From Moniliella sp. 'wahieum' (Eukaryota), in NCBI GenBank assembly GCA_003971905.1, contig RSEE01000002.1:1054001-1118000 (forward strand): 64,000 bases of DNA. The letters run 5' to 3'. The notes under the pieces are model-generated. The model had not been told where the DNA came from. It did not search any database and worked only from the letters and a program-made list of their open reading frames with translations. Position numbers and translations under genes: made by a program. Of the stretch, positions 52,498 through 63,960 are shown in pieces. Each line of letters opens with the position of its first letter. Within the stretch, counting starts at the first letter, position 1.

Positions 52498-54144
52498 TCA
52501 CTTCATTACATCAAGATGTGGGCTTGGGTGTCTCTGTGGCTCATCCAGCTCCATGCCCGAAGGGTCGATCAAGTGGGGGTCAAGCAGGAGCATCGTGGGT
52601 TCGACTCCTGTCTCCAGAAAAAGAGGATCCGACCCAGCTTCCCAATCTGACCCCTCTTCCTCCGACAGTTCTCGGTCGGATTCCTTCCCTGTTCCGTCAT
52701 CGGGAAAAAGGAAGTGGCCATCTCCGCCATGCTTCGCCACGTGTCCAGACAATCTTGCAGCTCCGTCACCGTTGACAACGGACATCCTTGTCGCGCCTGG
52801 GTAGAGACAACTTGCATGATGTGTGACTGGCACGCGACTGGACACCGTCCATGTTGTGTAGATGCTGACGAAGCACATCCATCCTGCGTTGCAGTACCGA
52901 CATTTCGCGCCGTAACCGCTCAGCCTCCGATTGAGAAGAGGGGAACCATGAAGGGTCCTGTCACTTGACCTAGAGCTTACTGGGAGGACGAAGGTCTGGG
53001 CTTGCATCCACTTGATACGCTGGCTCCAGTGGCATCTGCAAGGGGTGTGAAAAGGATGAGAAAGAAGAGATGGGTGCGGTGATTCGGCTGGCTCCGGCCG
53101 TCGATTTGAGTGCCAAATGGGGGTTCAAGCTTACATTGTGGGTCGTGATAGACTGAGAAGGTTCACCCACGGAGCTCAGTACGGACAAGGAAGCTGGGGT
53201 TAGCCCCGCCAGATTTGCTGCCGCCGAGGCAGAAGCCAACCCAACAGGAATGCCGGGCGCCCCGGGGAATGGGGCCGAGGAAAAGAGGGGTTGAAGATGA
53301 TTGGGAACGGAATCAGGGATAGCAGGGACGGTTCCCCTGGGATGTAGGTTGGGCTTGTGCCCTCGTGGCGAGGCAGGCCTGGACAAACGATGAGGCTTGT
53401 CCTTCTTGCGCGCATCCCCATCTTTGGTTGTCTTGGCTGTCCTACGCTTGATATCCTCCATAGCGTCAGGCGCATGACGGAGGAAGAGTGGGTGTTTGAA
53501 CGTCCAGTCCAGCTGTGGTTGATTGGCGGGAGTGGAACCCTGGCCTGAAGATGCGTCTGTGAGTTTCACAAAACCGTAGATGTTTAGTTGACGGATAAAG
53601 GACTGCCAATTGTTGTGCTTAAAGTCTGGAAGCAAAGGGGGGTTGGACAATATTTGGGCTCCGCTTGGCGGGGAGAGGCGTACAGTTGGGTAGGACGTCT
53701 TTGGAAAAGGAGACGGAGTTGATCACTCGGAATGCCTCTCCATTCGGAGTCCAGTGGATGTACCGCACAGCATCATTGTCGATCATACTATCGTATCAAG
53801 AAGTGAACAGCCAAAGTGGATAGGTTTAGCATGCGCCCGCTCAAACTAGGACCACGAAGAGAAACGCCAACCTTCTGAGCTTGCGCACAAAGCCTGAAAT
53901 GCGCGTTTTTGCATTGCCCCCACACTCATCATCACATGTTGGGGATTCAGCTTTGGAGGACGAGGGAACGTTTGGGAAGGGGGGACCTGGTCCATGAGCC
54001 GCGTTGGCAGAGCCACTGGCGTCGCCACGACTGCCATGCAGCGTCAGGGGGTAGAGAGGGGAGGGGGCAACAGCGACGGTTGGATATGCGCACTTTGTGA
54101 TCTACTGGTGCGAGATATGGAGCAATGGGATACGGCGACGGCAC
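52498..54144 (-). CDS. HSF-type DNA-binding domain transcription factor
   Basis: Spliced DBD: SGFVRKLR|SMIDNDAVRYIHWTPNGEAFRV..FSKDVLPN|YFKHNNWQSFIRQLNIYGFVK..WTFKHPLFLR..IKRR. Introns 53788-53871 and 53626-53683. The start codon is not resolved. Confidence 0.88.
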
Positions 54145-56273
54145 ACCAAACAGTCGGAGACGGGTGCACTGACCCCGGAGGAAGCGCGGTCAAGCGGCGG
54201 GCGGGGGGGCTCGTCGGGTGTGGCGTGGCGTAGTGTAGTGGGGGGACGCAGGACGCAGTGGTCCGAGGGGGGAGTGCGCGTGGGGAGGCAAGGCAGGGCG
54301 AGGCGGAGAGAAGGGTGCCGGGCGACAAGGACCAGGCGAGAGTTTGCTGTGCTGCTACTTAAACGGCGCGTACTTTTTTGCGTCTATGCACATTTGGCGC
54401 CACCCCCGCCCCAGCAACCAGCACCCTCCGCTTCGCAGGCAGCCACCCCACCGCCACTCCACTGGCTCATGGCAGCCTCGCGCCACTGGCCACTGGCCAC
54501 TGGCCCCTCTGCCCGCCAACAGCGGCGCCCACTAGGGTTGCCGCACCGCCGGTGCCAGTAGGGTTGGCCGCAGACATTGTTATTGCGCCCGCTCTCCCGC
54601 CCCGCTTTGTCTCTCCAGTGCGCGTGGAGCACCTCGACGTCATCTATGGCGAATAGTCAGCAATGCACAATGCCTGCCCGCTGGCGCCTACACTCCGCCT
54701 GTCCTCACTCAGGCGCTCAAGCCTTGGGCCGTCGGCAAGCCTTGTCACATGTCACGCGCCATATATCCTGAAAGTTCAACTCATAACGGCGTCCTTGGCT
54801 CCAAATTGTTGGAGGCATCCACTCTTTTGGCATCAGTGTGTGGAGGAGAATGCTGGGACTTACACGCTGGATCTCGGCTTACATATGGGGCCGAACACGA
54901 GGTGGAACGAGCGGATAGCGTAACATCATTTACAATCTGTGCGCATGTGAACAACCCCACATCCCCCTGCTAGCGCCCCGCACCAAAGTCTATTTGCGGG
55001 CATATACACCACGTCGGCATGGGTGCTGGTGATCGCCCCTGAGATCTGCATGGGATGTGAGAGAACTCCCCAATCCGGGGATTAAAATAGAAAGGGTACC
55101 TACCCTGTACTACCGTACCGTACCCGCGCGTCTTTGAGTGCATGGCTAATCGAAATTTCTGTGCACAATCTTGTGGGCCTTGCTCACCTTGAATTTTGTA
55201 CGTAGTCCTCACATATCTATCCGGAACCTTGTTACCAGCGTTTTCGATTAGCTATGTGGGATGTGCGAATGATTAATGATGTTGATGATCGATGAGATTT
55301 CATTGACGTGAAGTCGGTACCCTTGCGTGAGAGATGCACCGCGACAGCATGTTCCGGCTTACTGTTGGTTCGACGTGGAAATGGCAGCTTCCGTAGACAA
55401 TCATTCTCTTCGACGATCATTATTATGGTACTAGACCCCACAGTGTTTTGTCTTCTTTACGCTTTTGCACATTCATCGCTTTTCTACTCGTACTGTACTT
55501 CGTTCACCTTCTCGCGCTTGTGATCAGCTCTCACTATAGCTCTTTCGGGTAGTCGGAGCCTTATTCTGATTAGTAGTAGTGCTGCTACACAGTTGGATGG
55601 TGCACGGTGCGGCACTATGCATTACCACACCGTAGTGTCTCTCGTCGCGTATAAACGTACAACACACCCACACACTGTCGGCTTTGAAGCTTTTGGCACG
55701 CGGTGTTTTTGATGTTCCTGCCAGATAGTCCAGGATGAGAAACGACGTATCCAAAAGTTCTCGAGGAGGCAAAACAGTCGTGGTGGCACGGGAACAACAT
55801 TATTGGGGAGGATCAGTACGGAAGGTCGATTTCTGTTATATTGCTCCAGAGGAACCGTGATGCATGCAAATGCGTGACAGCGTGACGCTACGTAGTTAAG
55901 ACACACGACCAACGCAACGTACAGTAGCAACGTACAGTACCAGTACTGTGCGAAGGGCCGCCCTGTTCATCCGCCTCTGTTTCGCCCCCCCTGTGGCGCC
56001 TTCGGCCGGCCTTCCCCTGATTGCATCCCCACCATTTCTTACCCTGCCTTGCTCGCTTCCCACAAGTACCCTACGGCATATACCAGGTGTATATATATTC
56101 GTCTTTGGTGGCAATTCACAACATCTTGATTAACAAAACAACCAAATTAATCCCGCCGACATGAGCGCGGCGCTTCAGCCTGTGCTCTTCCGCCAGAGTT
56201 CCAGCTTTTCAGTATACGGTGTGCGGAGTGCACAGCTATAGGAGCAAAACAGCAGTGCATGAGCGCGCCTGTT

Positions 56274-56655
56274 TTGAAGCTTGAGGCTTGAGGCTTGAAG
56301 TTCAAGCATGTGCATGAGGCTTGAAGCTTTGAGGCTTGAGGTCAAGCCTGAGACCGAGGCCAAGGCTCGGCCCGGGGCCCGACCTCAGGGTCTGATGCTC
56401 TGAGGCCCGAGGGCCTGAGGGGCCTCTGAGATGATCTGGGGCCTGAAGATTCGAGGATACTGGATACCAGAGGATCATGCCTTGGCAGCCATTCTGGGTA
56501 CCCTGGTCACTAGGTCACTAGTGACTAGTGAAGAGTGAAGTCACAGCCACTAGTCAAGCTAGTCACTAGTCACTAGGTCACTAGTCACTGGTTACTAGTT
56601 ACTAGTCACTGGGCAGTACTGCAGTTCCAGTTACTAGTTACTCGTTCTAGCTACT
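56274..56655. repeat. Degenerate 7-bp palindromic arrays (GCTTGAG, CCTGAGG, ACTAGTC/G/T)
   Basis: Directly visible tandem and inverted short units. Confidence 0.8.
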
Positions 56656-57408
56656 ATAGCTGCTTGCCACACTGGTTTTGCGTGGCCGATCCGTACAGTG
56701 GACACCCCGCCACACCCTTGTACCATACCACTTCACCCTATAATCCTATCACCCTATAATCCTACCCCAGGCCATGCAAAACATAGTGTGGCTGGGATGA
56801 CTGGGATGGGAATTAATCGACGGCGATAGTGGCCATAGCTGCAGCCTATCATCTGGGCAACCCGCGTTGGGGCTACGTAGCAACCCACGGACCAAAAAGA
56901 CTGCGCTCTTCCATGTTATATTGCCCCGCACGCCGTTAATTCACAGCTGCGGTTGGCTTCGCATCCCCATCATCCATCCCGTCGAGCTTCAAGCTTCGAG
57001 CTTCACCGGTGTAGGGCCACCGATCATTGATCGTTGGTCATATTAGCATTGCTTGCCTCTCTCCTTACACTGGCTGTATCACTCTCTTTCCTTCCTGCCC
57101 TGGCCCCCACCACCTGGTCACGCTCTCCAGTTCCCTCTTCAAGCTTCATCGTCCATCGCTTTCTCCACCCTTTCAAACCTGCCGCGGTGCCCCCATCGCC
57201 AGCGTTTGCGGGTTTCTTCAATCCGCCCTCCGCCCTCATTTCATCGTGCCCCACACGCCTGACCGCATCTTCATCTCACACTGTGCCCTGTGGCCCTAAA
57301 AGCCCCCGCAACACAGTATCAGCTGGCGGTCCCCAAGCTTGTGACGAGTAAAAAGTCTGTGCCCCACGCCTGTCCGTCTTTAGTCCTCTTTCCCCCCACC
57401 TCTATACC

Positions 57409-57602
57409 TGTTACGGGCCGCGTCGGATCCAAGATGGTCTGATCCTAGCTAAGGCCCGCCTGCTCTGCACCAACCCAGTGGAGCGCGCCCCCAAGCCCAA
57501 CCAAGTTTGACGATGGTTGGTTGTACCCTGTACGGTGGTCCGAGTTGCCATGCGTACGCGCGACAGTATCGCCTCCCGCCCAAGTCCAAGTCGGTGGTCA
57601 AA
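57409..57602 (+). repeat. Truncated 5' LTR
   Basis: Identical to 60118-60312 except for one 1-nt indel (CAGTATC vs CAGTAGTC). Confidence 0.92.
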
Positions 57603-60084
57603 GAGGTTCTGAAGCGTCTAGCCGACAACCATCTGGTGGTTGGCATTGACAAGTGCAAGTTCTTCCAAGATTCCATTTCGTTCTTGGGGCATCGGGTGGG
57701 CACACTAGGCTTATCCATGGAGGTCGATCGGGTCAAGGCAGTGTTGGATTGGCCCACGCCCAAGTCGCCGAAGGAGTTGCTCCGCGCTTTAGGGTTTATG
57801 AACTTCTGGAGAATCACGTGCCGTCCTACTCGCAGTACACCGCGCCCCTGACCCAATTGCTTCACAAGGGTCAGCGTTGGGAATGGACCCCCGAGCACCA
57901 ACGTTGCTTCGATCGTCTCAAGGAAGCGTTTACTCAAGCCCCAGTGCTGGCGCCCTTCGACCAGAACAAGCCTTTGAGAATCGAGTCGGACGCGAGCGGT
58001 TATGCCGTGGCAGCGGTCCTCTCTCAGCCTCACGAGGGCCGGCAGCGCCCCATAGCCTATTGGTCAAGGAAACTTACGCCCGCCGAGCAACGTTGGGGAG
58101 TAGGAGATCAAGAGTTGTTACCCCTAATCACGGCGCTCAAGGTCTTTCGGCATCTGGTGGAGTCGGCCCCGGAGTTGGAGTTGGTGACCGACCACAAGAA
58201 TCTGGTGAGCTACAACGACGAAGGGCAGCGGAACCGCCGGCAAGCGAGCTGGCGCGTGTTTCTTTCGGCCTACCAACCAAGGATGACTTATCGTCCCGGG
58301 TCGAAGAATGGTGCTGCGGATGGATTATCTCGTCGTCCAGACCTAGTCGAGCAAGCCAAGAGCGAAGGCGCGGCCGATGCAGCCGAGTGGCGCAAGCAAC
58401 CGATCCTGCGAGCCAAGTCAGAGGAGCATGTTGAGGACTATGAGTCGCTCCTGTTGCCGGGAGCCAAGGTGGTGCCGCAAGCCGGGGTTGAAGCGCATGC
58501 GGGCGAAGTGGAAGCAGTTGAGGAGCAGCCGCCCGAAGGCGAGGTGATTGAAGCCATACGAGAGCTCAAGGAGCACGACAGCGGGTACGAGGCCATCGTG
58601 GAGCGAGTCGAAGAAGGTTGTGCGCCGCAGGGGTATGAGATGCGCAACGGGTTGCTCTTCCAAGGGAGAATCTACGTGCCCGAATCCGAAGCACTGCGGT
58701 ATACCTTGCTCCACGACCACCATGACAAGCCGAGGCTGGCCACCAGGGAAGAGAGCGCACGTACGATCAGTTGGCGCGTTGGTACTATTGGCCAGGAATG
58801 ACTTTCGATGTGCGTCGTTATGTGGGAACGTGCTCGTCATGTCAGACTGTCAAGAGCCGCCGCCATCGTCCCTATGGTCTACTGCAAACGTTGGAAGTGC
58901 CAGCCCGACCTTGGTCAAGCTTCAGTAGATCACTTCGGTCCCTGCCAGAGGGGGACTTGGGAGCAAGGGCGAGACGCTGAACATGGTGCTGGTGGTGGTG
59001 GATCGGTTGTCCAAGATGGTGGTGCTCATCCCGTGCAGCTCCGGCGACACGGCGGGTCGTTTGCTTGAGCGGCTGACGGAGAAGGTGTTCAACGTGTATG
59101 GGCTGCCGACCGAGATCGTGAGCGACAGAGGGCCGTTGTTCACTTCGTCCCAGGTGCGTGGCTTTGCGAGAAGCATGGCATTCGCCAAAGCATGGCCACT
59201 ACCCAGCACCCTCAGTCCGATGGGCAGTCGGAGCGGTTTGTCGATCTGGTTAAGACTCATCTGCGCCATTTCGTTAACCATCTGCAGTCCGATTGGGTCG
59301 AGTACCTTCCCTCAGCCGCCTTCGCGCTCAACACCCTCGCTCCGCTTCAACAGGGTTGTCTCCGTTCTACATCATGCATGGGTTCCAGCCGCTCAAACCA
59401 GGTGACCCAGTCGCTGCCGTGCGAGAGAATGAGCCAGGGGAGGAACATCAAGAGGCTCGGAACGAGGCGATTGAGACGGCCAAGGGAGCTTTGGAGCAGC
59501 GCGCAAGAGAGCCAAACACTATGCCGATCGGTTGCGGAGCGAGGCGCCGGAGCTGGAAGCGGGAGATTGGGTGCTGGTTGATCAGGAGCGGGTGCCGTCA
59601 CTCGGCCGAGTGGATCGTTGGAGCGCAGGTACTTGGGGCCATTTAAGATCAAGGCCAGGTACACGAGGGGGCGTATGTGGTTGACCTTCCCCCGTCGATC
59701 AAGATCCATCCTGTGCTCAACATCTCTGCCCTCGAGCCGTACCGCTTCGATGCCGTGCCAGCCCGGCACGAGCCCTTACCTCCACCGCCCGAAGTTGAGC
59801 GAGGCGAAGAACACTGGCTCGTCAAGCGCATCCTCGATTCCCGTTGCTACCGTCGCCAGTTCCAGTACCTGGTCTCCTTCGTCGGCTTCCCTGAGTCAGA
59901 GAACGATTGGGTGCCCGCCAACGACATGGGGGATGAGGCTCCAGTGGTGATCGAGTTCCACACCCAGCACCCCGAAAATACTGCTCCCAAGCACGCAAAC
60001 GGGCCTTGGCCCGCCTTCTCGAGGAGTAGTACCCCGCCCCAGTTCCCCCAGGTTCGGTTGAGGAGGAGAAGCCCAACCTGGTAG
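57595..60084 (+). pseudogene. pol: Truncated pol: RT C-terminus, RNase H, integrase, chromodomain
   Basis: VKEVLKRL..KCKFF..FLGH; ESDASGYAVAAVLSQ..PIAYWSRKL..ELLPLI..TDHKNL; HH..YYWPGM..CSSC; VVVDRLSKM, IVSDRG, HPQSDGQSER; YLGPF; chromodomain WLVKRILDSR..QYLVSFVGFPESENDW. Confidence 0.92.
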
Positions 60085-60117
60085 GCGTGCGGACACGCCT
60101 TGTGAAGGGGAGCGTAA

Positions 60118-60939
60118 TGTTACGGGCCGCGTCGGATCCAAGATGGTCTGATCCTAGCTAAGGCCCGCCTGCTCTGCACCAACCCAGTGGAGCGCGCCCC
60201 CAAGCCCAACCAAGTTTGACGATGGTTGGTTGTACCCTGTACGGTGGTCCGAGTTGCCATGCGTACGCGCGACAGTAGTCGCCTCCCGCCCAAGTCCAAG
60301 TCGGTGGTCAAAACGAGACCACCAAGTATTCAGTATCTTTGCGACGTCCGTCGCCCGTCACCACTTATTTTCCTTTCTCGATCGCGCCTGCGGCGATCAA
60401 CCCCTCTTTTGACGTGCCTTTCTTTCTACACCCCCTTTTGTGTCTGTTTCCCCTTTTTCGATTAAGCCTGTACCCCCGGTGGGTGGGGGATCTTTTCCTC
60501 CACCCTCCATTTCGTCCCTTTCCCGCCTATCCTGTCCGACTCCTGCCCGTTTCCAGCCAATTGATCCAGTACGGGCAGCTCTTCTTGTTAGCGTCCGACT
60601 TCTCCTCCGACCTCGTCCTCCAGCCCCTCGTCAACCCCATCGCGCGAGCCCTCCTTTGGCCGCGGCGATTCCCAGTCTCAGTTAAGGCAGTGTTTGTCCG
60701 CCGCTGCCTCCTCCCGTCCCTAAGTCCCGGAGGCTTCAGACACGTCTACGGCCCAAGCCGGTGCAGACGCAGCCTTGCCACACGTGCAGCCGCCCCACCA
60801 AAGGCCTCTCCTCGTCCCTAGCTCCGCTCGGATACACCAACCAGCCCAAGCCCGAAACTACCGTGAGTCGTCCTTCCGTCTCCTAAGGGATTGTACCCCA
60901 AGAACCTGGGTGAGCCCCTGGCGGGGCCCGCCCGTGACA
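60118..60939 (+). repeat. Complete 3' LTR (822 bp)
   Basis: Starts TGTTAC after the PPT; ends GTGACA immediately before the TSD. Confidence 0.88.
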
Positions 60940-60959
60940 ATACCCTACCTCTTCTGTGC

Positions 60960-62194
60960 ATGCATGGGCCGCCTCACCGGGATTGGCTATCTCCTTATTG
61001 GGGGATACATCAACCTCACCCCTTTGGTGTCACCCTCACTCAGGCCTGGATCTACTATGTTCGTTTCCGCCGTGATCCATGGGGGATGAAGCTCATCGTG
61101 TTCCTCCTCTGCTGTGGAGACATAGCCAACACCCTCTCCCTCTGCGTCGCGCTCTACCAATGGTTGATCCTCGAGGACGACCCCCACCATCATGGTTCCT
61201 GCTTTCCTCTCCGAACTGGAAACCTCTGCTATTACTGCTGTCATATCCCAGCTGGCACGTTCTACCCTTCTCCCTTCCTCGCACATAAATATGGACCACT
61301 GAACTAACAGGGTTTTTGCCACAGTTTTTTGCCTGGCGCGTCCAAAGCTACGACATCAATGGTGGCTAACCTGCATCATTGTGTCTCTCAGTATCTGTGG
61401 CCTGGTAGCGGCGACAGTGACGACGGCTTGGTACCATTCGCTTGGCCGATTCGACCGGCTGTACCAGATGCAGCCCGCTATGCTGGTGTGGAGTTCTTGC
61501 TTTGTTGCCTGTGATTTGATCACGGCCACTGCCTTGTACTCCACCTTGCGTCGTGCGACGACTGGGTTTGGGGATACTGACAATTCCATCTCGCGGATCA
61601 AAAACTTGGTCCTCCAAACCTCGGCCTTGACCATGACCATCGACTTGATTCATCTCATCATTGTTGGGATTCACGTACGTCTCTTTTCCTTCCGTACCAG
61701 AGGCAACGCTACAGTGGGAGCTCCCACATGGACGTAACCTAACCGAGTTACATATGTCCTCAGCCTACATTCCTCTTACACTTTGTAGCGAACGCTGCCG
61801 TGTCCAAGGTGTATGCCAACTCTCTTCTCTCTACCCTAACTACCCGCGGCAGAAGCTCGCGCCTGCTCGGAGACGACAGTTTGTCAAGAGGCAGCCTACG
61901 GATCAGCACTCACGAATTTGTTGGCTGGGACAATTTGCCACACCAAGAGGGGGCCCGCCCGTGGACAGGACGCACCAGGACATCCCGCTCCCCACTTTAA
62001 CTCCAGCCACGCATAACCACCATCTCACCTTTGGAAAAAGGAGAAGGAATCACCTAAAGACGCCGAGACAGGTACCCGTTTCTCGGCTGGACCTATGGTG
62101 ACCACAGTCCAGCACAAGTTCGCTTCCTACAGTGTGGATCACGTGCCAGAAGGAAGCGGGGGGGAGGTCCCCTCCGATCACGATAGCAAGCTGA
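60960..62194 (+). CDS. Basidiomycete multi-TM protein, DUF6534-type
   Basis: GVTLTQAWIYYVRFRRDPWGMKLIVFLL, ISQL|FFAWR, FVACDLITATALYSTL, ISRIKNLVLQT, SKVYANSLLSTLTTR; several introns. Start (ATG at 60960 or 60964) and end approximate. Confidence 0.75.
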
Positions 62195-62199
62195 ATCGC

Positions 62200-63960
62200 T
62201 CTTCGTTGCGTGTGGATACTGATGACGAGGATCCCAAGCGTTCTACTTAACAATCCCATCTTCACGTTTGTTGCCATACTTGGATTTCTTGAACGCCAGG
62301 CGGCGATGCCGACTCATTATAAGCCATGAAGGCCAATTGCTCCTGTTTAACCCGGGGCCGGAGGGAGACCCCTCTGCCGCAGTCGATCCAGCATTCGAGC
62401 TGAGTGGACAGGACCAAGTCGCGAATATTGTAGTCCGGAACACATCTGAGGGGTGCATGGGCGACTGTTGCGGCAATGTTGGTTGACCAGGGAGAAGCAG
62501 ATGAGCCTCCAGTTCCGTTTCCCCTGTGCCAGGCTTGGGTGCGCGAGTCCATCCCCAGGCACTGCGTCTGCAGGTTCGTTATCCATCGAAGAATATGATG
62601 TGCCCACATGGGCTGATTCGGCCGCATGACAAAACGCACCAAGCGGCTTAGTTTGGGCCGAGGCCGCAGACTCCGGCATAACTAAGGGTGGGTACAGCGG
62701 AGTCTCAGGTTTAGTCAAAGACATAGGATTCACCGCAGGACTATAGGTGCAAGCAGAGCATGCCTCCAGGACGCCAAACCTGGCGAGACGGCTGAACACA
62801 TACGGGGAGGCGATTGAAATCCCTTCTTCAGACTACTGGACGCTGATGACTCCGTTATTGGTGCGAGGGATAAGTACCTCTACTGACGTGGTCGGGAACC
62901 ATGAGCGGCGCAGATGGCTGGACAGTGAGGGCGAGGTTGGCTGTTGAGTGGCGGCCGATGGGCACGCCCTCAAGGAGTTCCCACACTCCCCCACACCAAG
63001 GATGAAAAACTTGTGGCTGTGATACACATGGAAAGAGAATTGACGCCGGAGCCGGGTGAGCCTCGTCCCATACCTCCCCCAGACCTCCGTTCGGCGGCAG
63101 GCGCAGGGGGGCGAAGTCGGTAGGCACCCGCTGCCGCTGCTGCTGTCGTTACCACACCGCTGAGAGTGCCAGCAGCGCCTGGAGACACGAGGTCCAGCTG
63201 CAGACGCAAGGTGCATGACGAATGGGATCGAACAGCCACGGGGATAAGACATGGGTGGGTAGGCATAGTGGCGGTTGCTCGCCTCAACAGCGGATCTACT
63301 CGGCAGGGCGGGTGCGATAAAGGACACGGAGCTGAAGCGGGTGCAGGCCCGCTCGCGTGCTCTCCCCTGGTCACGCTTCCTGTTGCGGCATCCACAAGCG
63401 CTTCCGCGGCTGGGCGGGAAGGTCGCGAAGGGGGGTACTGTGGGTCGATGAAGAGGAGGTGGGTCGGCAATGCTTCCGTCCGGCACCATCTGCAGGCCAG
63501 CCGTCCGGCCCAGCAGCCGGAGTACGAATTCAACCAACATGTGGTATTGGGCGCTGGGACTGCCGCAGACCATGATGCCATCGCATGCGCAACCACACGC
63601 TCAGCCTCTGCACTCCTGAGCACGTGGCCAAGGCCAGTGCCTGCCAGAGCCTCAACCCCGAGGCACCCAGAGCCAAGCAGGACAATCAAAGTACCCCCCC
63701 AAGCGCAGCTACACAGGCACGACAGTAGCCCCACAGCCCCACAGCCCCCAGCCCCACACCGGCATTACTCGCTTGCCCCAGCAGTGCGGGTGCATCCGTC
63801 CGGATCGCCCCTCGCCCGGCAAGGCGGGGGTCCAGGAATCTTGTTTCTGCGCCACAAGCGCCTCTTGCACCACCTCGAGCCCAAGCCCATTGACTCGCTC
63901 CAGGTGCGGATGCGTGCGGAGGAAGCTGGCAAAGCTGGGTGCGGTGGCGGGGGTAGGCAT
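62200..63960 (-). CDS. Hypothetical protein
   Basis: ATG at 63960 followed by overlapping minus-strand ORFs of protein-like composition. No family recognised; 3' end approximate. Confidence 0.4.

Larger units (their letters stand above)
57409..60939 (+). mobile_element. Ty3/Gypsy chromovirus LTR retrotransposon, internally deleted (lacks most of the 5' LTR, PBS, gag, PR and most of RT)
   Basis: TG..CA termini (TGTTACGGG / CCCGTGACA imperfect inverted repeat); 5-bp TSD ATACC at 57404-57408 and 60940-60944; purine tract GAAGGGGAG just before the 3' LTR; pol remnants in RT-RH-IN-chromodomain order. Confidence 0.93.

Noticed and set aside
47201..56655. CRISPR-like array or a TIR pair enclosing the HSF gene
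   Set aside because: Units are 7 bp with no unique spacers, the context is eukaryotic, the block order and orientation do not form terminal inverted repeats, and no TSD was found.
56734..56765. 16-bp tandem duplication CACCCTATAATCCTA(T/C)
   Set aside because: Only two copies; ordinary slippage with no further structure.
57409..57600. Interpretation as a 192-bp TG..CA LTR pair (57409-57600 / 60118-60310)
   Set aside because: There is no TSD or PBS at those ends. The TSD ATACC and the terminal inverted repeat appear only if the 3' LTR extends to 60939.
60339..60821. 160-aa ORF inside the 3' LTR
   Set aside because: Pyrimidine-rich LTR sequence with no domain similarity; likely a chance ORF.
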